Source of the DNA: Candidatus Geocrenenecus huangii
Lineage (GTDB): Archaea > Thermoproteota > Nitrososphaeria_A > Caldarchaeales > Wolframiiraptoraceae
Assembly (NCBI GenBank): GCA_023254095.1
Contig: JALNLM010000011.1
Coordinates: 1 to 48,298, forward strand
Reading direction: 5' to 3'
Length of the DNA stretch: 48,298 nucleotides
Below the pieces are notes generated by a model. That model worked only from the letters and a program-made list of their open reading frames with translations, searched no databases and was not told the origin of the DNA. The translations under genes and the position numbers were made by a program. Below, one piece after another: positions 38,394-48,274 of this stretch. Position 1 is the stretch's first letter, and every line of letters begins with the position of its first letter.

Positions 38394-40694
38394 ATGTTGA
38401 AGGCGGTTAAGATACTAGTCGTAGGTATAGTTCAAGGAGTCGGATTCAGACCTTATGTTTACCGTACAGCTGCTAAAACAGGCGTGAAAGGATACGTGAA
38501 AAACATAGGGGGAAGCTCTGTGGAGATACATGTTGAGGGGAGAGCAGAGGACGTTGAAAAATTTTTAGAGCTATTCAACAATGAAAAGCCTAGCATCATA
38601 TATCTTGAAGATGTTCAGGTAATTGATGCCATGGTTGAGGGATACGATGTATTCAAGATTCTTGAAAGCGACCCGCATATCCATAGGAATTCTATAATTC
38701 CGCCTGACTTCTCCATATGTGAAGATTGCTTAAAAGAAGTGTTAGACCCATCAAGTAGATTCCATCTATATCCATTTCATTCATGTGTGTACTGTGGCCC
38801 CAGATACTCGATGATAGAGAAGATACCATACGATAGGGAGAATACCAGCATGAAGGATTTCCCTCTATGTCCAAGATGTTTAGAAGAGTATCTTGACCCA
38901 GACAATATAAGGAGATTTCATGCGCAGGGAATAAGCTGCATAGAATGCGGCCCAAAAATAAAACTCTATACAAGAGATTATGAGTATGTTTGTGATGGAT
39001 ACGATGCGATACAGTATGCGGGGAAACTTATCGATGAAGGATACATTGTGGCCGTTAAGGGTATAGGCGGATTCCATATCGCTGTCTCGGCTACTCTAGA
39101 CCACGCTCTAGAACGCTTAAGAAGGAAAAAGAAGAGACCCTCAAAACCGTTCGCCATAATGGTTCAAGGTATCAAGAATGCCTCCCAACTAGTTAAACTA
39201 GATAGTGATTCTGTAAAACTACTACAGTCTAGAGAGAGGCCTATAGTCTTGCTAGAGATACGTGATGAAGCTAAGATATCAAGTCTAGTCGCTCCAGGCT
39301 TAAAGCATCTTGGAGTCTACCTACCATATACCTCTCTCCACTACTTATTATTGATGAATACGAATGATAAATTCTCTGTGATGACCAGCGGAAACCCGCA
39401 GGGAGAACCAATGTGCATCGATGAAGAATGTGCAAGAAAAAAGTTGTCGGAATTCGTAGATTACTTCCTAGTCCACAACAGGAGGATAATTAATAGAGTT
39501 GACGATAGTGTTCTAAGATTCACTCGTGGAAGAATACTATTCTTAAGGAGAGGTAGAGGATATGCGCCAATGTGGACAACGCTACCCGTGAAGTTGAGGA
39601 AGCCTGTCATAGCGTTCGGAGCAATGCTTCAAAGTGCTGGAGCTGTTGGATTTGATGATAAAGCAATCTTAACACAATATATTGGAGATGTCGATGAATA
39701 TTATTGCTTCAGAGACTTGGAACGTTACCTAAAACTATTAATAGAAAACTACAAGCTAGACGTTTCCTCATCCCTAATCGTCTCAGATATGCATCCAAGA
39801 TATCCATCAACATTACTTGCAGAGGAGTGGGCCAAGAAATACAATACGCAGATCTATAGAATACAGCATCATTGGTCGCATATAGCATCAGTAATGGCTG
39901 AATACCGTCTACAAGAAGAGGTGCTGGGGATAGCTGTAGACGGTGCAGGATACGGATTGGATAGAAGAGTGTGGGGTGGAGAAGTACTTAGAGCAAGCTA
40001 TGAAGAGTTTGAAAGAATCGGGCACCTAGAATTACAGCCTATGCCTGGAGGAGACCTAGCTGTAAAATATCCTGCAAGAATGCTAGCCGCAATACTGGGT
40101 AAGAAGCTAGGTGAAGAAGAGCTAGTTGAGACCTTGGAGAAGCTTGGCGTAATTCAAAGAGGATTTCCGAAAGGTGAGAAAGAAGTTAAGCTAATTCTTA
40201 GACAGATTCGAGATTCTCCAGAAACCTCCAGTACTGGAAGAATACTTGATGCAGCTTCAGCTCTTCTAGGAATATGTTTTGAGAAAACCTATGAAGGTGA
40301 GCCAGCAATAAGACTAGAAGCGTCCACTAAGAAATGTGATGAAATATTCACTCCGAGAATACGTTATTCAGATAAGATCATACTAGATACAACTTCGATA
40401 ATTATGGATGCTCTAGATTTGTTGATGGATGGGGTAGATGTAGGGAAGATAGCTTATATCATTCAAAAGACTATCGGGTATGGTTTAGCATTAATAGCCG
40501 TAAAGAATGCAAAGAGGAGACACAGGCATATAATATTATCAGGCGGTGCAGCGGTAAACGAATACATTGTAGAAGGTGTCGAAGAAGCAGCTAGAGACTC
40601 AAGTCTACATGTTCTCCTACCTAGAAAGTATCCAGCTAATGATGGCGGGATAGCATTAGGTCAAGTAGTTATTGCAGCCCATCTATCCGCCTAA
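38394..40694 (+). CDS. hypF: Carbamoyltransferase HypF
   Basis: GIVQGVGFRP, two Zn fingers, KGIGGFH, DMHP, QHHWSH and ANDGGIALGQ motifs. Confidence 0.97.
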   Translation: MLKAVKILVVGIVQGVGFRPYVYRTAAKTGVKGYVKNIGGSSVEIHVEGRAEDVEKFLELFNNEKPSIIYLEDVQVIDAMVEGYDVFKILESDPHIHRNSIIPPDFSICEDCLKEVLDPSSRFHLYPFHSCVYCGPRYSMIEKIPYDRENTSMKDFPLCPRCLEEYLDPDNIRRFHAQGISCIECGPKIKLYTRDYEYVCDGYDAIQYAGKLIDEGYIVAVKGIGGFHIAVSATLDHALERLRRKKKRPSKPFAIMVQGIKNASQLVKLDSDSVKLLQSRERPIVLLEIRDEAKISSLVAPGLKHLGVYLPYTSLHYLLLMNTNDKFSVMTSGNPQGEPMCIDEECARKKLSEFVDYFLVHNRRIINRVDDSVLRFTRGRILFLRRGRGYAPMWTTLPVKLRKPVIAFGAMLQSAGAVGFDDKAILTQYIGDVDEYYCFRDLERYLKLLIENYKLDVSSSLIVSDMHPRYPSTLLAEEWAKKYNTQIYRIQHHWSHIASVMAEYRLQEEVLGIAVDGAGYGLDRRVWGGEVLRASYEEFERIGHLELQPMPGGDLAVKYPARMLAAILGKKLGEEELVETLEKLGVIQRGFPKGEKEVKLILRQIRDSPETSSTGRILDAASALLGICFEKTYEGEPAIRLEASTKKCDEIFTPRIRYSDKIILDTTSIIMDALDLLMDGVDVGKIAYIIQKTIGYGLALIAVKNAKRRHRHIILSGGAAVNEYIVEGVEEAARDSSLHVLLPRKYPANDGGIALGQVVIAAHLSA

Positions 40695-40730
40695 TGACTG
40701 GAAATTTATCTCCTTTCTAAATTCGTCAAC

Positions 40731-41825
40731 TTAGAAGAACTCTGTGCTGTAGAGCTTCTTTAATGCTTCATCTCCAACTATGCTTTCAGAGAATTTACTT
40801 GGCTTCCTGATACCTCTATTTATCGCTGCTTCAGCTATCTCTGAGCCCAGCTCAGCTATCCTTACTAGTCCGAATACTATTACTCCTATCAAAGGTCCAC
40901 ATGGCATACATTGTACATACTCGACTAGTTTATGCATTATTCTTGAATCTCTATCTTGGTATGTTTCCTTATATTGCAGTATTACGTTGTTTGCTTCTTC
41001 GATATCTCCTGTAAATAATGCGTTAATAGCGTTAAAGCATATAGTATGCGATAGAGTACTCATCTCTACGAGGTAGTTTAACGCTTCCCCTTTTATGTAG
41101 TTTTTATTTGGCTCTAAGTACTCGATATACTTGGACATATTCTCTATCCAATCACCTATCCTCTCCAAATTCTGAGAGATGAGTCTGTATAGTATAAGGT
41201 CTCTTGAATCCTCTATCCCTATAGCTGAGTAGAGTTCTTTATTGGTTTGAGCAATAGTCAATAAACGTGTAATTAGGAGATGCATTTTATCAGCTTCCGG
41301 TTCTCTCAGCATTATCTGCCTAGCAAGCCCTGAATCTAGATCCTTCAATGCATCCGATAATTCTTTATGCATCGTCGAGATGATGATGTATAATCTTCTA
41401 AGGAGTATTTGTATCGGGAATGATGATGGCTCAACCATGCATTGTAGTATTACCTGTAGAGGGGTTTCTTCAATTATTGCTGTCCCTATAAGTTTTCCCA
41501 CAGTTCCCTTTATCACTTCCAAGTGTCCAGACCTAAAAGATGTTGAAGAGACAATCCTGATTATATCGTATCCGATAATGTAGTTGCCGATGATTAATCT
41601 TTCGAGAAGAGAAGGTTCATTGCATTGGTCAGCGTATATTACTACTTCACGTTTCTGTTTTTCTTTCTCGATAAATGAACTAGGTCTAATCTTTAAAGAC
41701 CCATCTTCTTCAAGAGTAAATACTATTGTATCACCCTTTTTCAACCCTAATTCCTTAACCCACTGATTCGGCAAAGTTATCGATAGAGTATTATGTCCAA
41801 CCTTCTGCAATCTCCTAACTATCAT
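40731..41825 (-). CDS. Second AbrB-PhoU regulator
   Basis: [19 protein letters not shown]; REPEADK and LERIGDW repeats; CMPC motif near the C-terminus. Confidence 0.88.
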   Translation of the reverse strand: MIVRRLQKVGHNTLSITLPNQWVKELGLKKGDTIVFTLEEDGSLKIRPSSFIEKEKQKREVVIYADQCNEPSLLERLIIGNYIIGYDIIRIVSSTSFRSGHLEVIKGTVGKLIGTAIIEETPLQVILQCMVEPSSFPIQILLRRLYIIISTMHKELSDALKDLDSGLARQIMLREPEADKMHLLITRLLTIAQTNKELYSAIGIEDSRDLILYRLISQNLERIGDWIENMSKYIEYLEPNKNYIKGEALNYLVEMSTLSHTICFNAINALFTGDIEEANNVILQYKETYQDRDSRIMHKLVEYVQCMPCGPLIGVIVFGLVRIAELGSEIAEAAINRGIRKPSKFSESIVGDEALKKLYSTEFF

Positions 41826-41876
41826 ACATAATATAAATACTTGTTAATATTTAAGATTGTTCCTTAATACTAGAAG

Positions 41877-41906
41877 ATATTCTTCCATGAATATATGGAA
41901 AAATAT
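41877..41906. promoter_or_regulatory. Imperfect palindrome, candidate operator
   Basis: ATATTCTTCCAT-gaatat-ATGGAAAAATAT, 11/12 arm match, in the divergent gap between the regulator and the hdr operon. Confidence 0.5.
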
Positions 41907-41961
41907 AGTATATACTTGACTCATTAACAAAATTATATACTGAAGTTATAAAAAATACGTA

Positions 41962-42381
41962 ATGTATATGCTTATCCATCTGCAATATTTTTTACGGTGC
42001 ATACATGCAGTGATAATCAATAATATCGATTCTGAAAAAACTCTAGTTAATCTTGAAGGAAAATGGAAGAATTTGGTAGACTTCGTTGTAGATTTAAAAA
42101 AGAATAATGTAAATATTCCTCAAAAGATTATTACTGTTTTGACATTCTGTAAATCGCTTATAAATCATTGTAAGTATCATGTAAATAATAGTAGTGATTC
42201 TCTTGAGTTCCAGAAGATTTTAACACAATTATCAAAAGATATGTTAGATATTGAAAGTAGCTTAATCATAATTGCAGCTAATAGGCTTGGAGAACAATAT
42301 GCGTTAGAGTGGAGTGTAAAGCTAGGAGAGAAAGATTTGGAGAAGTTGGTGCAGAGAACAGAGGTGGATGTGCTTGGCTAA
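41962..42381 (+). CDS. DUF2096-like protein
   Basis: KWKNLVDFVVDLKK..IP...LGEQYALEW pattern recalled for DUF2096; directly upstream of hdrC; start uncertain. Confidence 0.6.
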   Translation: MYMLIHLQYFLRCIHAVIINNIDSEKTLVNLEGKWKNLVDFVVDLKKNNVNIPQKIITVLTFCKSLINHCKYHVNNSSDSLEFQKILTQLSKDMLDIESSLIIIAANRLGEQYALEWSVKLGEKDLEKLVQRTEVDVLG

Positions 42382-42886
42382 TCAGAATATCTTGCTTATC
42401 GAAGATGACGGTATTGCTAGGATAGCTGCTGAGAAATGTATCCAATGTGGTACATGCTCAGCTTCATGTCCTCTAAACCGATACATGGATTATACTCCCA
42501 GACAGATAGTAGCATTGGTTAGAGAAGGATTAGTCGAAGAGGCTTTAAAGACTAAAACGATCTGGCTATGTTCAACCTGCTATCTATGTGCTGTACGTTG
42601 TCCAGCTAAAATAAACATCGGAGAATTTATGACCGCTTTAAAGAGGTTTGCTTTGAAGAACGGTTACTCGAATAGTCTACTTTATCCTAAGTTAATGAAG
42701 ACTTATGTTGAATACGTAAACAAGTATGGTAGAGTATCTGAGCCTAGGCTTATGGTGAGTTTCTCCCTGAAGACTAATCCACTGAAATTGTTGAAGATGC
42801 TGCCAATCTCAATAAGGTTATTAAAAAACGGGGAATTATCGATCTCGCTTGAGAAGGTGCAGAATCTAGAAGAAATCAAGTTCTAG
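42368..42886 (+). CDS. hdrC: Heterodisulfide reductase subunit C
   Basis: CIQCGTCSASCP and IWLCSTCYLCAVRCP motifs. Confidence 0.92.
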   Translation: MCLANQNILLIEDDGIARIAAEKCIQCGTCSASCPLNRYMDYTPRQIVALVREGLVEEALKTKTIWLCSTCYLCAVRCPAKINIGEFMTALKRFALKNGYSNSLLYPKLMKTYVEYVNKYGRVSEPRLMVSFSLKTNPLKLLKMLPISIRLLKNGELSISLEKVQNLEEIKF

Positions 42887-42897
42887 AAAATATCAAG

Positions 42898-43824
42898 GTG
42901 ATGGATACGGCTGAGAGAAGATTAAACGGTAAGCATTTAAGCTTTTACCCGGGATGTTCATGTTCCAAGAACGGTACTGCGAGACGTTATGGCTCTTCTT
43001 CCATAGCTGTATTGAAAGCTCTAGGCATAGAAGTTTCAGAAATAAACGATTGGAATTGTTGCGGATCTAACCTTTACAGAATTATTGATGAAAGAGGCTC
43101 ATACTTTCTAGGAGCAAGAAATCTTTCCAAAGCATTGGAGATGGGCCTACCTGAGATCCTTATTCTATGTCCTGCATGTTTCTTATCATTGAATAGAACG
43201 CTAACCGAGATTTCGAGAAATACAAATCTTAAAAATGAGATAGCAAAGAAGTACAGAGTTCTCGGAGGCCCAGCCGTTTCGAGGCTACGTATACGGCATA
43301 TAATAGATTTCCTAGTAAACGATGTAGGCGAAGAAGATGTCAAGAATAGAGTTGTGAAAAGACTTGAAGGATTAAAAGTAGCGGCATACTATGGATGCCA
43401 GATAACTAGACCATATGGCTACTTCGACGACCCAGAGTTCCCAACATCTCTTGAGAGGCTTATTTCATGGATAGGCGGTCAACCTATAGAATCAAACTTG
43501 AAGACTAAATGTTGTGGAGGAATGCTGATGCTAACAAATGAAGAAGAAGTCTTGAATGTTATTGAGAGTATACTTAGATCATATGTAAAGAGTGGGGCTG
43601 AGTGTATTGTTACAGCCTGCCCATTATGTCATCTAAACTTAGAGATTGGGAGAGCCAGGCTGAGTGGAAGAGTTGGCCTGGATGAGAACTTTCCGATAAT
43701 ATACTTTACCCAGTTGATAGGGCTCTCATTCAATATACCTGTTGAAGAACTAGGCCTCGGTAAAGATGATGTAGGACGGATAACCGAGAAGGTAAGGTTA
43801 ACAGCTACTGTTAAAGGTGTTTGA
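42898..43824 (+). CDS. hdrB: Heterodisulfide reductase subunit B
   Basis: Two CCG domains: YPGC..WNCCG..CPAC and YYGC..KCCGG..CPLC. Confidence 0.93.
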   Translation: MMDTAERRLNGKHLSFYPGCSCSKNGTARRYGSSSIAVLKALGIEVSEINDWNCCGSNLYRIIDERGSYFLGARNLSKALEMGLPEILILCPACFLSLNRTLTEISRNTNLKNEIAKKYRVLGGPAVSRLRIRHIIDFLVNDVGEEDVKNRVVKRLEGLKVAAYYGCQITRPYGYFDDPEFPTSLERLISWIGGQPIESNLKTKCCGGMLMLTNEEEVLNVIESILRSYVKSGAECIVTACPLCHLNLEIGRARLSGRVGLDENFPIIYFTQLIGLSFNIPVEELGLGKDDVGRITEKVRLTATVKGV

Positions 43825-45817
43825 AATGGATAATAGAATCGGAGTATACATTTGTCATTGTGGACTGAATATTTCTTCAACAGTTGATGTCCAGAAGCTT
43901 ACTGAGTTTGCCCAAGGATTAGAGGGGGTAGTGGTTGCTCGGAATTATCCCTATATGTGTTCGGATCCGGGTCAAGAGCTTATAAAGAAAGATATCAAAG
44001 AACACGGTTTAACAAATGTAGTTGTCGCATCTTGTTCTCCAACGATGCATGGACCTACATTTCAGAGAGTCTGCGAAGAAGCGGGATTAAATCCATATAT
44101 GTTTCAGATGGTCAATATAAGAGAACATGTTTCATGGGTGACAGATGATGTTGAGAAGGCGACTGAGAAGGCCAAGCTACTAGTGGCCGCAGCTGTAAAT
44201 AGAGTAAAGTTCCATGAACCGTTAGGGAAGATCCATGTTCCATTAACCCAGTCTGTGTTAATCGTTGGAGGGGGGATAACGGGCATAGAGACTGCTCTAA
44301 AGCTCGCGAATTCAGGTAAGAAGGTATACCTAGTTGAGAAGGAACCGTCTATCGGTGGTAGAATGGCTCAGCTTGAAAAGACTTTTCCGACTCTTGACTG
44401 TGCATCCTGCATCCTTACTCCAAAGATGGTTGACGTAGCCTCTAACCCAAATATCACCATACTTGCTTACAGCGAGGTTAAAGAAGTATCAGGCTATATT
44501 GGGAACTATAAGGTCAAGGTAGTAAAGAAGCCTAGACATGTTGATGAAAGTAAATGTATTGGATGCGGATTATGTGCTACGAAGTGCCCATCGAAGGTTC
44601 CAGACGAATTTAACATGGGTCTAAGTTTTAGAAAAGCTATCTACTTGCTGTTTCCACAAGCTATACCTAGAAAATATACGATCGATAGGGAACACTGTTT
44701 CTACTTTACTAAGGGGATATGCCGTGTATGTGAAAGATTCTGCCCAACCAGGGCGATAAACTTTGAGCAGAAACCTGAAGAGATAATTCTCGAGGTTGGA
44801 GCGATAATCCTCTCAACGGGATACGATATCTTTGATCCATCCGTTATAAAGCGGTATGGGTACGGGGTATACAAGAACGTCTATACAGGGCTTGAAGTTG
44901 AAAGACTTACAAGTGCTTCAGGACCTACGAACGGCCGGGTAATCTTAAGAGATGGCAGAACCCCGTCGACAATAGTAGTCATCCATTGTGTTGGATCTAG
45001 AGACGAGAACTACCACGTATACTGCTCAAGAGTATGCTGTATGTATGCTATGAAGCTTGCCCACCTGATAAAAGAGAGGGTTCCCAACTCAACCGTGTAT
45101 GAGCTATACATAGATATAAGAGCGCATGGTAAGGGATATGAGGAATTCTACAGGAGAGTTCAGGAAGAGGGGGTAATATTCATTAGAGGCAAGGCGGCGG
45201 AGATCACTGAAGCTGAGAATGGGAAACTAATCGTGGTCTTCGAGGATACGCTGCTAGGAAGAGTACAGCAGATAGAAGCAGACATGGTTGTGCTGGCAAC
45301 AGCCTTAGAGGCGAGAAAAGATGTGAAAGAACTAGCAAGGCTCTTCAACATCCCAGTAGATAAAGATGGCTTCTTCCTAGAAAAACATCCTAAGCTTGCA
45401 CCGGTCTCCACAGTTAATAGAGGAGTATTCGTCGCGGGAGCATGTCAAGGGCCTAAGGATATTCCTGACTCAGTGGCCCAGGGAGCAGCTGCTGCAGCTG
45501 AAGCACTAGCATTGCTTAGTCAAGGGTCTGTAGAAGCAGAGCCAGTTATAGCTGAAGTTAACAAAAATCTATGCTCTGGCTGTAGGATATGTGTATCCGT
45601 CTGCCCTTATAATGCAGCCGTATTCGATAGGGAGACAAAGACTGCGAGCGTCCAAGATGTACTGTGTCAAGGATGTGGAACATGTGTTGCGTCTTGCCCC
45701 TCTGGAGCTAGAACTCTTAGACAGAGAGGGTTTACAGATAGACAGATATTGGCTGAAATAGAAGCAATTCTCCCGAAGAAGCTAGTAACTATAGAGAAAG
45801 CCATCGCTGAAGCTTAA
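43817..45817 (+). CDS. hdrA: Heterodisulfide reductase subunit A
   Basis: GVYICHCG, NIRE, GGGITG, KTFPTLDCASC, CVGSRD..CSRVCCMY motifs; inserted and C-terminal ferredoxin domains. Confidence 0.96.
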   Translation: MFEMDNRIGVYICHCGLNISSTVDVQKLTEFAQGLEGVVVARNYPYMCSDPGQELIKKDIKEHGLTNVVVASCSPTMHGPTFQRVCEEAGLNPYMFQMVNIREHVSWVTDDVEKATEKAKLLVAAAVNRVKFHEPLGKIHVPLTQSVLIVGGGITGIETALKLANSGKKVYLVEKEPSIGGRMAQLEKTFPTLDCASCILTPKMVDVASNPNITILAYSEVKEVSGYIGNYKVKVVKKPRHVDESKCIGCGLCATKCPSKVPDEFNMGLSFRKAIYLLFPQAIPRKYTIDREHCFYFTKGICRVCERFCPTRAINFEQKPEEIILEVGAIILSTGYDIFDPSVIKRYGYGVYKNVYTGLEVERLTSASGPTNGRVILRDGRTPSTIVVIHCVGSRDENYHVYCSRVCCMYAMKLAHLIKERVPNSTVYELYIDIRAHGKGYEEFYRRVQEEGVIFIRGKAAEITEAENGKLIVVFEDTLLGRVQQIEADMVVLATALEARKDVKELARLFNIPVDKDGFFLEKHPKLAPVSTVNRGVFVAGACQGPKDIPDSVAQGAAAAAEALALLSQGSVEAEPVIAEVNKNLCSGCRICVSVCPYNAAVFDRETKTASVQDVLCQGCGTCVASCPSGARTLRQRGFTDRQILAEIEAILPKKLVTIEKAIAEA

Positions 45818-45924
45818 CCGAAAACGCTCCTCCTAAATCTACCATTTATCTTCATCCATCGCTCTTCCGACATGTATAATGTTTAAAAATCCTTATTAGA
45901 TATCCGAGATACTATGTCTAAGGC

Positions 45925-46887
45925 ATGGTTGAAGTATATGGACTTCTAGTTGGAGCTTACTCTAGAAGCGAGTACTTGATTAAGTCTTTCAGAGAGTTTT
46001 TTAAGAAGAAGCTGGAGAGAGATGAATTAAGGAAGAGAGTTTTAGAAGAGGCTAGAAGAATTGTTGAACTCCAGGTTGAGGCCGGCTTAAGATACGTCAT
46101 AGATGGTATGCTTGAGTGGCATGACCTTCTTAGACCTATAGCTGAGAATCTTGCAGGAGTTGAAGTAGATGGGTTGGCAAGATGGTTTGATAACAATGCA
46201 TTCTACAAAAAACCGATAATAACTGGAAGGATTTATAGAAAGGGTGGCATACTCTCGGAATATGTCTATCCTGGTTTAGTGTCTCCTGGAAGATGGAAGC
46301 TGGTACTACCCGACCCCTACACGTTTATATCGCTTTCAGAGAATAGAAGCGGGCTGAAGAATGATGATCTGCTCTTCCAGTATGCTGAGGCTCTTAACAG
46401 CGAGCTGCTCGAGCTCCAGAAGAAATATACTTTAGGTCAGGTTCAGCTTAGTGCTCCATCTCTTGTATGGCGTAGATTGGATAAAGATGTACTGGAGGTT
46501 GTCGGCGAAGCTGTAGCGGAGATGCTTAAAGGCGTAGTTGCTGAGAAGATGTTGTATGTATATTTTGGTGATGGATTAAACGCTCTACCAACCATTCTAG
46601 ACTATGAAGTGGATGTCGTGGGATTCGATTTAACATATACGAATATTATTTTGCTCGCTGAGTATGATGTGGAAAGGATAGCTCTAGGGATAATAGATGG
46701 CAGGAATAGTCTTAGAGAAGATGCTGAGGTGGTAATAAAGAAGATCGATAAGTATCTCGATAAGAGAGAGCCTGAAACACTATATGTTACACCCAGCTGT
46801 GAGCTGGAGTTCTTACCTGTGGATATTGCCGACGAGAAGGTCAAGTTGATCTCCGAGATATTGGGGAGAATAGGTGGTGGAGAATGA
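45925..46887 (+). CDS. Split cobalamin-independent methionine synthase, N-terminal-like (non-Zn) half
   Basis: DGMLEWHD, RWFDNNAFYKKP, GIIDGRN and TPSCELEFLP motifs of the MetE N-terminal barrel. Confidence 0.85.
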   Translation: MVEVYGLLVGAYSRSEYLIKSFREFFKKKLERDELRKRVLEEARRIVELQVEAGLRYVIDGMLEWHDLLRPIAENLAGVEVDGLARWFDNNAFYKKPIITGRIYRKGGILSEYVYPGLVSPGRWKLVLPDPYTFISLSENRSGLKNDDLLFQYAEALNSELLELQKKYTLGQVQLSAPSLVWRRLDKDVLEVVGEAVAEMLKGVVAEKMLYVYFGDGLNALPTILDYEVDVVGFDLTYTNIILLAEYDVERIALGIIDGRNSLREDAEVVIKKIDKYLDKREPETLYVTPSCELEFLPVDIADEKVKLISEILGRIGGGE

Positions 46888-48008
46888 GGCTCTTCCCAAC
46901 TCAGGAAGTAGGTAGTCTATCCCGTGCACCATTCCTAAAGAAGATTACGCCTAGTGTTATAGAGGAGACGAAGAGGTGGGGTGAGAAACTAAATGTAGAG
47001 GAGCTCGATAGACTCCTATCTATCTTGAAGAAAGGTAAGATGACGTCCGAGGATGAAGCAATACTGTATGATTATGCTTCATTGTTCGCTATAAGGTTCT
47101 TCGAGTCAGCCGGCCTAGATGTTGTGTGGGATGGTGAGCAGAAGCGTGTAGAGATGTATGAGCACCCTTTAAAATATGTTGAGGGCGTAAAGTTTCTCGG
47201 AGTAGTTAAAGTTTGGGATGCGGAGTTTTATAGGAAGGCATCTTTTACAGATTCTCCAATATTGGTTAGGCCATATCATCTAGAGGAGTTCCTGTTTGTA
47301 AAGTCTAAAGCTAGGAGGGAAGTAAAGATTCCATTGACCGGCGCGTATACTCTCGCTGACTGGTCATTTGATGAATACTATATCAGGAAGTACCTGGATC
47401 TCGATGACCCTGTGCAGGCTAGGTTGAAAGCAAAGGAGGAGATGGTTCTAGATATAGCTAGGAAGATTATTAGGCCGAATATTGTAAGCTTGGTTGAGGC
47501 TGGGGCTAGAAGGATACAGATAGATGAGCCTGCTGTAACTAGTAAGCCTTGGGAGGTCCCTCTAATGGTTGAAGCGTTGAACGAGTCTATTAAGGGGGTG
47601 AACGCTATAGTAACCCTGCATGTCTGCTATAGCGATTATACGAAGCTCTTCCCGTACATAGCTGATGCGAAGATAAACCAAGTATCAATAGAATGCGCAA
47701 ATAGAGATAGTAGAGAGCCTGGATTATCGGATGAAGCGCGGGTGGGATACGGCGTAGTAGAGTATTTTAGAGAATATGCTAGATGGCTTGAAGTAGCTCC
47801 GGGAGTAATAGATGTACATACAGATTTCGTTGAGCCTAGTGAGCTGGTTAGAGATAGGCTGGTCTACGTAGCGAAGAGGCATGGAGATGAATCGAAGATC
47901 ATTGCATGTAATGATTGTGGGCTTAGAACTAGGAGTTGGGATATAGCGTACATGAAAGAGAAGAATCTTGTTAAGGGAGCAATGATGGCTGAAGAATTCT
48001 TTAAGTGA
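46884..48008 (+). CDS. metE: Split cobalamin-independent methionine synthase, catalytic half
   Basis: PTQEVGS, DGEQKR, IQIDEPA, Zn ligands HVC...E...DCGL, GVIDVH; ATGA overlap with the previous gene. Confidence 0.9.
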   Translation: MRLFPTQEVGSLSRAPFLKKITPSVIEETKRWGEKLNVEELDRLLSILKKGKMTSEDEAILYDYASLFAIRFFESAGLDVVWDGEQKRVEMYEHPLKYVEGVKFLGVVKVWDAEFYRKASFTDSPILVRPYHLEEFLFVKSKARREVKIPLTGAYTLADWSFDEYYIRKYLDLDDPVQARLKAKEEMVLDIARKIIRPNIVSLVEAGARRIQIDEPAVTSKPWEVPLMVEALNESIKGVNAIVTLHVCYSDYTKLFPYIADAKINQVSIECANRDSREPGLSDEARVGYGVVEYFREYARWLEVAPGVIDVHTDFVEPSELVRDRLVYVAKRHGDESKIIACNDCGLRTRSWDIAYMKEKNLVKGAMMAEEFFK

Positions 48009-48274
48009 TTGAATAAAAATAAACTAGATAGATCTTGAACAAAATATACTAGTAGGTCCCTTTCTCGAGGTTACAACAGTTAACATAGTTTTCTTAGTTA
48101 ACAAGTTTGAGAAGGAGATAATGTCTCTTTCAGGTAATACGTTCACTCATCATATTACGTAAGGTTTATTAACTGGCTTATTTTCTTTATAAGTGAATTC
48201 CCAGATTAGGGACTTTCTGAAGATTAGAGTTCTGAATGCTTGAATAGAGGCTTAAAAAGCCGAAAAACAATACG
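48009..48274 (+). promoter_or_regulatory. Probable CRISPR leader
   Basis: 266-bp AT-rich stretch without a long ORF; TATA-like CTTAAAAA at 48251-48258 just before the repeat. Confidence 0.55.

Noticed and set aside
42250-42257. ATTGAAAG as a stray CRISPR repeat
   Set aside because: It lies inside a CDS and the upstream bases do not match the 24-nt repeat
11377-45817. Selenocysteine or stop read-through in hydrogenase or Hdr genes
   Set aside because: All metal-binding motifs are complete with ordinary Cys codons in uninterrupted ORFs
1322-46844. The many short ORFs in the track lying antisense to or inside long genes (e.g. 1322-1714, 13624-14181, 13549-13992, 20735-21169, 33021-33386, 37955-38326)
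   Set aside because: They overlap well-supported genes, mostly have the Ser/Ile/Phe-rich composition of shadow ORFs, and show no recognisable motifs
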